From Halomicronema hongdechloris C2206 (GTDB lineage Bacteria > Cyanobacteriota > Cyanobacteriia > Phormidesmidales > Phormidesmidaceae), in contig NZ_CP021983.2 of the NCBI RefSeq assembly GCF_002075285.3, positions 4,441,153 to 4,465,152 on the forward strand: 24,000 nt of DNA, read 5' to 3'. Position numbers and translations under genes: made by a program. The notes under the pieces were generated by a model, which was not told the DNA's origin, ran no database searches, and worked only from the letters and a program-made list of their open reading frames with translations. Shown here in pieces: positions 17,501 to 24,000 of the stretch. The first letter of the stretch is position 1, and every line of letters begins with the position of its first letter.

Positions 17501-17771
17501 TATTGACCATAATATTATCGCCAACTGCTCAACCCAGTTCTATGGGCGCAGCAATTCTCCAGCAGCGATCGATGTAGTGCGGGATCAACTCCAGCAACGC
17601 GGCGGCCAGGGGGACGATATTGCTCAACTGCAGCGAGGAGAGTTTTATGCCGTTTCTGAATCAATCAATCCCCCGATTAAAATCACGGTGCCGCTGTGTT
17701 TGTCCTTCCATCCGCCCACTCCCTTAGATGAATCAGAGGTATTAGAGCGGGCCAAGCAATCTCGCCAATAA
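14556..17771 (+). CDS. Cassette gene C: 1071-aa dual P-loop protein with an N-terminal ORC/Cdc6-like AAA+ module and a C-terminal HerA/FtsK-like (DUF87-type) ATPase
   Basis: GTG start 11 nt after the gene B stop. Module 1 has Walker A GEGGVGKTHL (aa 66-75, nt 14751) and a Walker-B-like SVLALDQLD (aa 241-249), then a lid-like ..RPLILGRVISSEVARAIVEKRL. A Pro-rich linker spans aa ~625-660. Module 2 has ..LPIGRQL..VAIPLEALTKHIVILAGSGAGKT (Walker A, nt 16617) and Walker B LLVIDEAKDF. The motif ARKYGLGLIFATQAPKSIDHNIIANCSTQFYGR is typical of HerA/DUF87 proteins. Confidence 0.9.
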   Translation: MENSIAFQALQSVDFNWTMHIKSVWEDIIDDIEGLHQQERHFIASALDQLLKTSQPLAPLGIVIAGEGGVGKTHLIGAIRKYTITHGLNFILVDMTDVRDFWETVLQGYISSLQEDAVDGTAQFQLRDLVGYLVSLTGKSVSSGVMAALPEKSLRNAIKHVLNALAQVDRKAAAEFQDVIRALILLNSDSFEILGIGHTWLQGLEIETEDKTRFGFRQTIATSPRKIVQGLSWLMSLQRPSVLALDQLDSIVMQHHYGAGGSTDLDLSEEQRISKAIIEGIGGGLMALRDTIYRTQIIVSCLESTWNVLVNQAISTFQDRFHRPLILGRVISSEVARAIVEKRLQQAYEQVGFVAPYSTWPFSKSFFQSAIRHSPRRILKRCYEHQQHCLVAGEIQEIHSFGNDVVIDDPPVDLEAIDQAFATAQQQVDIRAALDETQEDAVLGQWLQTAAKCLVAENPTPDTVDSEVEVNFPGGKNYPQLHARVRLIYRNEGDREKHLSLRALLRSHHAAYRARLKTAMTTAGIDHALSFRRLLIVRVGDIPGGATTQELSHRFTEAGGLMVYPDEAELRLLAALHQIRSMEHFDTWLHQRRPVSQLRCFQSTVTWLFGDTVDVFSSGKTVSSGTLDSPPQPAPDKPDELPLKSPHSGDHPVAPSPVGLPIGRQLRQPQDIVAIPLEALTKHIVILAGSGAGKTVLVRRLVEEAILKQIPAIVIDGANDLARMGDPWPETPAAWDHLDRRQAQQYHQSVDVAVWTPGREAGNAVTLNPLPDFAALTNNADELNQAIDMARDSLQDIVASGNSATAKVRRGILRNALEVFATNGGGDLEGFADFLRDLPEDAAGNISRASQHAQAMADLLSAEMANNPLLRQSGAPLAPAILLGLEGSSAKTRLSILNFIGLSGLPQQQQFLHQLAMTLFTWIKKHPAPAGQPLRGLLVIDEAKDFLPSRQSTPCKSSLNRLAAQARKYGLGLIFATQAPKSIDHNIIANCSTQFYGRSNSPAAIDVVRDQLQQRGGQGDDIAQLQRGEFYAVSESINPPIKITVPLCLSFHPPTPLDESEVLERAKQSRQ

Positions 17772-17913
17772 AATCTGCAGAGTAATGATTTATAACAACT
17801 GCAATACGTCATTCCGGACAAGCGCAGCACGACCCGGAATTCAGGTCGTACACTCTGGGCCCAAGAGACTGTTTGAAACCAGCGTTTATCAGCCAGCAGT
17901 TGGTCCCTCTGCC

Positions 17914-18588
17914 TTAGCCACCTGTTTGAATACTCAAATGCTGAGTAGCCGCCTGAGCAACGATCTCAGACTCATCCTGAGTCAGGCGCTCTAGGGCCGC
18001 CCGGGCCTCTGGAGCCGTGAAATGATGCAAGGCCGTGACCAGGCGATGGCGTACCTGCCAGTCGGCATCTTCTACGAAGGGCAATAGTAAAGGGATAGCG
18101 CGCTCATCCTGCAACTCGCCCAGGGAGCCAATGGCTGCGGTCTTCACCAATTCGTTGTCCGACCCCAGGGCCTCTCGCAGCAAATCAAAGGCCCTAGGGT
18201 CACCAAACTCTCCTAGGGCTGCAATAATGCTGAACTGGACTAGCCATTCTGAACTTTCATAATACTGGGCTTTCAAATCCTCAAACAGCCCCGATAATTT
18301 CAAGGCACCGATAGTGTCTGCCGCCGCCGCTTGAACGTCAGGTTCAGGATCGCTCAGTAACGCCTGACGCAATAGCCCTAGCAAGCGGTTCCCATCTTGA
18401 TGGCCCAGGCTAGCTAGTTGGCTAATGGCCGCGTAACGTACTCGATCATTGCCGTCCTGGGCAGCTAACTGCACCATGTCAAAGGCGATGGCCGGGTCGA
18501 GCTGTCGTAATTGGTTAACGCCGCGGAGTCGCTCCCCAAAATCCTCAGACTGCAAGAGCTGCCTGGCACTTTCCGGTGTGATGGACAT
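17914..18588 (-). CDS. HEAT-repeat protein (PBS-lyase HEAT-like repeats, NblB/CpcE-like family)
   Basis: Repeated ..D.RVR..A..aLg.. units are present (DGNDRVRYAAISQLASLG, DPEPDVQAAAADTIGAL, DNELVKTAAIGSLGEL, DADWQVRHRLVTAL). Confidence 0.85.
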   Translation of the reverse strand: MSITPESARQLLQSEDFGERLRGVNQLRQLDPAIAFDMVQLAAQDGNDRVRYAAISQLASLGHQDGNRLLGLLRQALLSDPEPDVQAAAADTIGALKLSGLFEDLKAQYYESSEWLVQFSIIAALGEFGDPRAFDLLREALGSDNELVKTAAIGSLGELQDERAIPLLLPFVEDADWQVRHRLVTALHHFTAPEARAALERLTQDESEIVAQAATQHLSIQTGG

Positions 18589-18862
18589 TTGTTATCCGCT
18601 ACACAAAACCCTTAGTACCACTATCGGGCATTTTGGGGATCAGGCGACAGAGTGTCTACAAGATTTTCTCAGAATTCAAGAGAGAGCCCTGGGCATATTC
18701 AGGGTGATTGCTCTGAAAAACCTCTGTGGTAGCAGGGTCAAGCCTTCGTCCCATGCCAGGAGCTACCAACATTAAGCAATATTTCACCTAACCAGTATCT
18801 GGTGCGGGACTCGAGAAAACGATTTAACCCTGCACCAGATAGCAACCGCTGTTATGGCCATA

Positions 18863-19345
18863 TCAAACAGACTGGGCCGTCTCATCGTAACTTCTAGCCA
18901 TTTCCCGCACGATATCGCCCCGGGTGAGGATGCCCACCACCTTGCGGTCCTGATCAACCACGGGCAAACGCCGCACATGTTTGTCGTGCATGGTTTGGGC
19001 TGCATCCCGAATCGACTGGCTTGGCGTTGCCGTCACCACCTGTTCAGTCATTAGATCTCGGACTAATTGCCCCAGCGCCTTGTGCAATTCTTGGTTGTAG
19101 CGAACCGGATTTTTCAGATAGATCACACTGTCAAGCAAGGTGATATAGGCGGGCAAAGGCGCGCCAGTAGCTTGCCACATCAAATCTGATTCCGACAAAA
19201 TTCCCACCAGTCGGCCGGTATCATCTGTCACCGGTATGCCGCTGATGTGGTGATCGATTAGCACCTGCACAGCATCCTTCAAGACAGTAGTGGGACGCAC
19301 CGTTAGTGGATTCGGTGTCATCACGTCGGCGACAGCTTTGGCCAT
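18863..19345 (-). CDS. CBS domain pair protein
   Basis: Two CBS motifs are present: ..VMTPNPLTVRPTTVLKDAVQVLIDHHISGIPVTDDTGRLVGILSESDL.. and ..LMTEQVVTATPSQSIRDAAQTMHDKHVRRLPVVDQDRKVVGILTRGDIV.. Confidence 0.9.
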   Translation of the reverse strand: MAKAVADVMTPNPLTVRPTTVLKDAVQVLIDHHISGIPVTDDTGRLVGILSESDLMWQATGAPLPAYITLLDSVIYLKNPVRYNQELHKALGQLVRDLMTEQVVTATPSQSIRDAAQTMHDKHVRRLPVVDQDRKVVGILTRGDIVREMARSYDETAQSV

Positions 19346-19428
19346 ATAACCCCCTAATTGGCGTAGGTGAGGGACTCAGTCTCCTCTATAGTCATTCTAG
19401 AAAAGGCCATCACGAAACCATCGGCCTT

Positions 19429-20496
19429 TCACAGGTCGTTACAGTAACACACCAGGATCTCAATACACTCAGCAATGGCCCCTAAGTGGGCAATCTCATA
19501 GCCATGGGTGTTCTGGGTGGGGAAGCTCAGACAGGCGGCTCGAGACACATGGCCAAATTTCATGGCGATGGAGCCATCACTGCCAAAACTACTAAGAGTA
19601 GTCAATTGCAGGGAGACACCTGCCACCGCTGCTGCTCGGCGAATATCACGATTGAGCCCATCGTCGTAGAGACCATAGCCATCCTGATAGAGCAACACTG
19701 GCTGCTCCCCAGCCTGAATCGGATATTCCCTGGAAAGCGGACAAATTTCTAGAGCAATCAGACCTTCGAGCCGATGGCGTTGGGTGAAGTAAAGGGCTCC
19801 TACGGCTCCCACTTCTTCCTTGGCAGAGGCAACTAAATAGACCGTTACTGGAGGCTGCTGCAGCCGTTCAGCCAGAGCCAATAAGATGGCTACCGAGGCC
19901 TTGTTATCGAGGGTATAGCTGGCCATATAATTGCCCAGGCGGCAGGGGCGCTTGCGGTGCTTGCCTACCACTACCCGCGTGCCAGGATGAACACCAGCAT
20001 CTGCCAAAGCCTCTTGAGACAAAGTGGTCTCGATCCAAGCATCTTCCCAGAGGACGGCCTTACCTTCCTGATGTTCTTTCTGCGGAGATTGGTGGGAGAC
20101 GTGGCGGGAGCCAAAGCAGAGAATGCCACTGACGGTAGTATGGTCCCCCAATACATCAACCACCCCTTCGCCATAGACCCAAGGGAAGGCCCCGCCTAGG
20201 GGACCAACAGTAATACGCCCATTGCGCTGAATGGTCTTGACGATGGCACCAATTTCGTCTTTGTGGCCAGTAATGGCAATGGCCCGCTCAGGCTGAGCGG
20301 CTCCGTTGTCGCTGGTCTGACTACGGCCGGGAATCTTGGCAATGATATTGTCAGCCTCGTCTTGCCAGTGCTCGACGCCTAAAGCACTCAGACGATCTAA
20401 CAGGTATGTATTCAGTTCGGTCTCGGCTCCACTCGGGGAGTGGCACATGACCAAATGATCAATCTGGTGGAAGAGCTGGTCGTAGGCCATAGGCAT
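19429..20496 (-). CDS. M42 family metallopeptidase (glutamyl aminopeptidase / FrvX-like)
   Basis: ..LVMCHSPSGAETEL.., ..ITGHKDEIGAIVKTI.., ..LDNKASVAILL.. and ..ASAKEEVGAVGA.. are M42 hallmarks. Confidence 0.88.
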   Translation of the reverse strand: MPMAYDQLFHQIDHLVMCHSPSGAETELNTYLLDRLSALGVEHWQDEADNIIAKIPGRSQTSDNGAAQPERAIAITGHKDEIGAIVKTIQRNGRITVGPLGGAFPWVYGEGVVDVLGDHTTVSGILCFGSRHVSHQSPQKEHQEGKAVLWEDAWIETTLSQEALADAGVHPGTRVVVGKHRKRPCRLGNYMASYTLDNKASVAILLALAERLQQPPVTVYLVASAKEEVGAVGALYFTQRHRLEGLIALEICPLSREYPIQAGEQPVLLYQDGYGLYDDGLNRDIRRAAAVAGVSLQLTTLSSFGSDGSIAMKFGHVSRAACLSFPTQNTHGYEIAHLGAIAECIEILVCYCNDL

Positions 20497-20566
20497 TGGT
20501 GCAGAAATAGTTATGGCCCTGGGCAGGGTGGGAGGTCAAACGATGTGCAATGATTTTGCCTCGATC

Positions 20567-20887
20567 TTAGGTTGGAGTGTTCCCCGTTAGGACCGCCTGC
20601 AAGCGGCTGCGGAATTGGCCTTTAGGATGTCCTCCCTTGACTTCTCCCAGGATGGTGAAGTCCCCGTCTGGATCATCGCAGATGATATATGTCGGCCATC
20701 CCATTTGAGCTTTATCGGGATATTGAGCCAGCAACACATTGCGATATTTGCGGTAAGTCGCTGTGTCTTGCATCTTCACGTCGACGAATTCCAAGCCCAG
20801 CTCCGTGGCGACTTTCTGATCATAGAACGACATCTTGTGGCAGATGCCGCAGTCCTCGGAGGAAAATTTAATTACGGTGCGACTCAT
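20567..20887 (-). CDS. Thioredoxin-fold protein (CGIC motif)
   Basis: The ORF track gives 20567..20953. I prefer the ATG at 20887 (MSRTVIKFSSEDCGICHKM..), which is preceded by GGGGAG. It has a CxxC motif and a later ..GWPTYII.. as in thioredoxin-like proteins. Confidence 0.75.
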   Translation of the reverse strand: MSRTVIKFSSEDCGICHKMSFYDQKVATELGLEFVDVKMQDTATYRKYRNVLLAQYPDKAQMGWPTYIICDDPDGDFTILGEVKGGHPKGQFRSRLQAVLTGNTPT

Positions 20888-20986
20888 GGTTCTTGCTCCC
20901 CAGCACAATCGATCGTCAGTATGACTCGTTAGCCTGCAGAGGACCATAGTCATCCTATAGCAATCGCTACGGAACCATGACCAGAG

Positions 20987-23290
20987 TTATGCCAGGGGCT
21001 GTTGTTGCCGCCAGCGCTGTAACGCTGGCACCACTGGACAGGGGGGTGCTTCTTGTAAAGCATCCGGTTTACTCCAGGTGAAGGGAGCCTGGCGGGCGGC
21101 TGACAGCCACAAAAAACGCTTGGCCCGGGTCATGGCGACGTAGAGTAGGCGATATTCTTCCGCGGTTTTCAGGGTCTGGGCCTGGTGCCAGGCGGCTATG
21201 GCATTGGGCATAGGCTGGGCGGCGGCGTCTCCGTGGGCATGGGCCCGGATTTGAGCCCGGGCTACTTCGGCTAGGGTAAAGTCTCCTAGAAATTGGGCTT
21301 GGGGTGGCACCCAAAGCTCTCCTGGCAAGGTGCGCTGGTGCAGAAAGGGCAGAAATACGCCGTCCCAATCTAGGCCCTTGGCTTTGTGCATGGTAATCAC
21401 GGTTAGCTGGCCCCGGCGGGTATAGAGATCGTCGGTATCTTCTGTCTCTACAGCTTCGAAGCGCTCGGTATCCACGATGTCTCGCAGGATCTGAATCAGG
21501 GTGTTTAAGCCCATGGCAGCCTGGGCCTGTTGGCCTAAGCGAGTCGCCAACTTGTCGGCGGTGGCCAGTTCACTCTGGTTGTAGCCGAGGCTGAGGCCGA
21601 TGAAGGGCACCAGGTGGTAGGGGGGCAATTCAAATCGCGATCGCACCAAACTGACACAGAGGTGCTGAGCCTGGCGAGCCGCATCGGTGGTTCGCGGTGG
21701 GTCTAGGGGGGTCGGGTAGAGAAACTGTTCAGGGGCACTGGCTAGGGCGTCGAGATCTTGGCCGGGAATGCGGCGACGGTCTACCAATACCCGTAGGGCC
21801 GCCTTCAGGGTGTCGGCAGAATGGGGCCGCTGGATGAACTGCAGCAGGGTGAGCATCTCCCGGGGCACTTGGGTCTGGCGATCCTGTTCGCCCACGTCGT
21901 AGAGATGAATCCCAGTCGCGGCCAGGTCGGAACCATAGCACTGTCTGAGATGATGGCTGATAAATTGACCCTGGCGATATTCCCGCACCAGGATGGCCCA
22001 ACTGTAAGTGTGGGGGGCCATCGTGCCTGCTAGGATCTGCTGGGCGATGGCGGCTACCGTATCGTGAATGGTGTCTGGGGTCTGAATGGTAACCCCCTCA
22101 CCCAGGGGAGCCGGGTTGGCATCGGGCTGAGGATCACCGCAGGGCACTGGTCGAATGGTTTGGGGCCGAAAGGGCAATGGCTGCATCGCCACGGTCTGGT
22201 TGACCCAGCCCAGTACGAAGTTGGCCGCTGCCATGATGATGGGGCTGCTGCGGCCGGCTTCATCCATGGTCACCAGGCGTCCTTGCCCCTGGCAGCGATC
22301 GCAAAATTGGTTGAAGTACACCGGGTCTGCCGGCGTGAAGGTGGAGTTGATGGCCTGGTTGGGATCGCCCACCCGGATTAGATTCAGGTTTTGATCTGGG
22401 TGTTGGGGAGCCGCGGCCAGTTGCTCTAGCAGTTGGGTCTGTAGCGGCGAGGAGTCTTGGGCCTCGTCCTCGAACACGGCAAATACCCGCGATTGCCAGA
22501 ATCGTCGCGTCTCAGGGTCCGCCAGGGCGCGTAAGGCCGCCAGAATCATGTCGTCGTAGTCGATGAAGCCCCGCTGCTGTAGGCCGTCTTGATACTGCTG
22601 GTAAAGCCCTGCCGCCAGGGTGAGCACCGGATAGTCGGTACCACCGTCAGTATCGATGCGATGGAGACTGGTCGCTAACTCGGCCAGGACCTCTGGCAGC
22701 AGACCCGAGCTTTTGGCTTCTCGGATGGCGGTATGGGCTAGCGTCGGCAGGACGTCGGTGCGCAACACCGATTGCCGCCGCAGCCGCTCGGTTTCTTCGC
22801 CGTCGAATTGACGGCCTTCGATCAAGTGCTGATATAACTCGGGATGATGGGTGATCCAACGCTCTACGCTTTGACGCATCAACCGATGGCTCTGGCTGGG
22901 GGAGACTAGGGTCAGGGTCTCTAGGTTGAGGTTGGAGAGTTCTGGGTTGCGGCTGGCGATGGTCAGGGCTAAGCCATGTAGGGTATAGGTGACGAAGCTG
23001 GTTTGGGGCAGGGATAGCTGCTGCAGATGCGATCGCACCTTGGCCTTCAGATTCGCCGCTGCCGAGCGGGTGAACGTAACTAATATCAACTGGCGGCGAC
23101 CATGGAGTCGCTGCTGAGCAATGGTAAAGGCTGCCGCCGCCGCCATACCGGTAGATTTTCCCGACCCTGGCACCGCCGAGACCGCCAAGGGACCTCCGGT
23201 CCAATCGGCCATGGCTTGTTGACCATGGCGCAGACCACGGTATAGCTCCTGCAGCACGGCAGGGCGATCGAGGGAAGGACTGCTGACCAC
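20987..23290 (-). CDS. UvrD/Rep/PcrA-family superfamily-1 DNA helicase
   Basis: Walker A AVPGSGKST, ..VFEDEAQDSSPLQ.., ..IRVGDPNQAI.., ..ITMHKAKGLDWDGVFLP.. and ..LLYVAMTRAKRFLWLS. No appended nuclease domain is visible. Confidence 0.92.
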   Translation of the reverse strand: MVSSPSLDRPAVLQELYRGLRHGQQAMADWTGGPLAVSAVPGSGKSTGMAAAAAFTIAQQRLHGRRQLILVTFTRSAAANLKAKVRSHLQQLSLPQTSFVTYTLHGLALTIASRNPELSNLNLETLTLVSPSQSHRLMRQSVERWITHHPELYQHLIEGRQFDGEETERLRRQSVLRTDVLPTLAHTAIREAKSSGLLPEVLAELATSLHRIDTDGGTDYPVLTLAAGLYQQYQDGLQQRGFIDYDDMILAALRALADPETRRFWQSRVFAVFEDEAQDSSPLQTQLLEQLAAAPQHPDQNLNLIRVGDPNQAINSTFTPADPVYFNQFCDRCQGQGRLVTMDEAGRSSPIIMAAANFVLGWVNQTVAMQPLPFRPQTIRPVPCGDPQPDANPAPLGEGVTIQTPDTIHDTVAAIAQQILAGTMAPHTYSWAILVREYRQGQFISHHLRQCYGSDLAATGIHLYDVGEQDRQTQVPREMLTLLQFIQRPHSADTLKAALRVLVDRRRIPGQDLDALASAPEQFLYPTPLDPPRTTDAARQAQHLCVSLVRSRFELPPYHLVPFIGLSLGYNQSELATADKLATRLGQQAQAAMGLNTLIQILRDIVDTERFEAVETEDTDDLYTRRGQLTVITMHKAKGLDWDGVFLPFLHQRTLPGELWVPPQAQFLGDFTLAEVARAQIRAHAHGDAAAQPMPNAIAAWHQAQTLKTAEEYRLLYVAMTRAKRFLWLSAARQAPFTWSKPDALQEAPPCPVVPALQRWRQQQPLA

Positions 23291-23410
23291 AGGGCTCCTC
23301 TCTGTCTATCCCTTCAGCATAGCGGCAGCTACGGCCAAAGGCAGAAACCAGACCGCAGAAGACGGACAAAAATCTTACGGCTGGCGGCTAGAAGCCACGC
23401 CTATACCAAG

Positions 23411-23432
23411 AAAACCCGCCTGCGCGGGTTTT
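23411..23432 (-). terminator. Short palindromic hairpin, possible bidirectional terminator after the SGNH hydrolase gene
   Basis: AAAACCCGC-ctgc-GCGGGTTTT. The GC core is only 5 bp and is flanked by A/T runs on both strands. Confidence 0.45.
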
Positions 23433-23545
23433 CAGCTCAGTAAGATAGTCGGCACAGGCCGCCTTCGATTGTATAGCAGCGGTTTACTCAGAGAGAAGCC
23501 ACTTCGTGTCTATAACCCGCCCCGCATTAAAGTTTTGTCTTAGTG

Positions 23546-24000
23546 CTAGATCGATAGAATGGCCGTCTGCCAGAGACGATAACCCTGGACATTGAGGTGG
23601 AGGCCGTCGGTGGTGAGCTCAGGGCGTAGTCGGCCCTGGGCATCGGCAAAGTCAGTGGCCACATTTAGAAATTGAATCTCTTCCTGGCGGGCAATCCAGG
23701 CAATGTCTCGATTCAACCGTTGCACCTGCTGGCTGGGAATATGGTCCCAGCGGGTGGGCAGAATGGAATGGAGTACGATGCGAGCCTGGGGATGTTGCTG
23801 TTGCAGCTGCCGCACGATTTGCCGCAAGTTTCTAGCCACCCTATTCACAGGCACCCCATTCTTTAAATCGTTGATCCCAGCCATCAGGTGAATCGTGTCA
23901 GGGCGAGTTTGGGCAAAGGTGTCTAATCGGTTGAGAATATCGGCAGTGGTTTCCCCAGAAATACTCTGATTCAGCCAGAAGCGATCCCTGGGCAGATGCT
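23546..24000 (-). CDS. SGNH/GDSL-family hydrolase (5' end outside the window)
   Basis: The ORF track starts at the Met at 23884, but the frame stays open to the window edge. It reads ..NQSISGETTADILNRLDTFAQTRPDTIHLMAGINDL..TTDGLHLNVQGYRLW, giving SGNH blocks II, III and V (DGLH). Confidence 0.8.
   Translation of the reverse strand, partial: HLPRDRFWLNQSISGETTADILNRLDTFAQTRPDTIHLMAGINDLKNGVPVNRVARNLRQIVRQLQQQHPQARIVLHSILPTRWDHIPSQQVQRLNRDIAWIARQEEIQFLNVATDFADAQGRLRPELTTDGLHLNVQGYRLWQTAILSI

Noticed and set aside
17807-17848. Hairpin attccgg-N16-ccggaat (17811-17840, with outer tacg/cgta) in the convergent gap after gene C, considered as a terminator or MITE
   Set aside because: The core stem is only 7 bp with a 16-nt loop and no U-tract, and there is only one copy in the window. 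It may still stabilise the transcript 3' end, but the evidence is too weak to call.
7457-23290. Idea that mutS, the cassette nuclease and the UvrD-like helicase form one large repair or defence island
   Set aside because: They are separated by unrelated housekeeping genes on the opposite strand (rhomboid, ldcA, HEAT, CBS, M42 peptidase, thioredoxin-like). Only 12782-17771 behaves as a discrete co-oriented unit.
22647-23369. 240-aa minus-strand ORF, and other internal ORFs within 20987..23290
   Set aside because: It is an alternative frame of the UvrD-like helicase gene with an Arg/Pro/Ser/Gly-rich translation, and the helicase motifs clearly define the real frame.

Overview
Chromosomal segment that looks cyanobacterial. 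Evidence: ten copies of the HIP1 palindrome GCGATCGC, a tRNA-Trp/secE/nusG/rplK/rplA/rplJ/rplL cluster, a PBS-lyase-type HEAT-repeat protein, and hand-counted GC of about 53-65% in host-like stretches. Nearly all housekeeping genes are on the minus strand: rplL, rplJ, rplA, rplK, nusG, secE, tRNA-Trp, rplS, gloB, mutS, a rhomboid protease, an LD-carboxypeptidase, a HEAT-repeat protein, a CBS-pair protein, an M42 peptidase, a thioredoxin-like protein, a UvrD-like helicase and an SGNH hydrolase. The main finding is a plus-strand three-gene cassette at 12782-17771, set between minus-strand genes. Gene A is an unknown N-terminal domain fused to a DUF559/Vsr-like endonuclease domain. Gene B is a two-winged-helix protein, translationally coupled to A by a GTGA overlap. 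Gene C is a 1071-aa protein that fuses an ORC/Cdc6-like AAA+ module to a HerA/FtsK-like (DUF87-type) ATPase through a proline-rich linker. The cassette is compositionally mosaic: gene B and the AAA+ half of gene C are AT-rich. I propose it as a candidate uncharacterised nuclease-plus-HerA-type conflict or defence system. I cannot run the HMM or database searches that would confirm novelty. A second accessory patch lies at the left edge: an AT-rich PIN-domain gene with an ATGA-overlapping upstream partner, followed by decayed gene fragments. Smaller oddities occur around the ribosomal protein cluster: a terminator-like hairpin in the rplJ leader, a truncated rplA 3' end, a 41-bp tandem duplication, and a KAQS repeat in secE.
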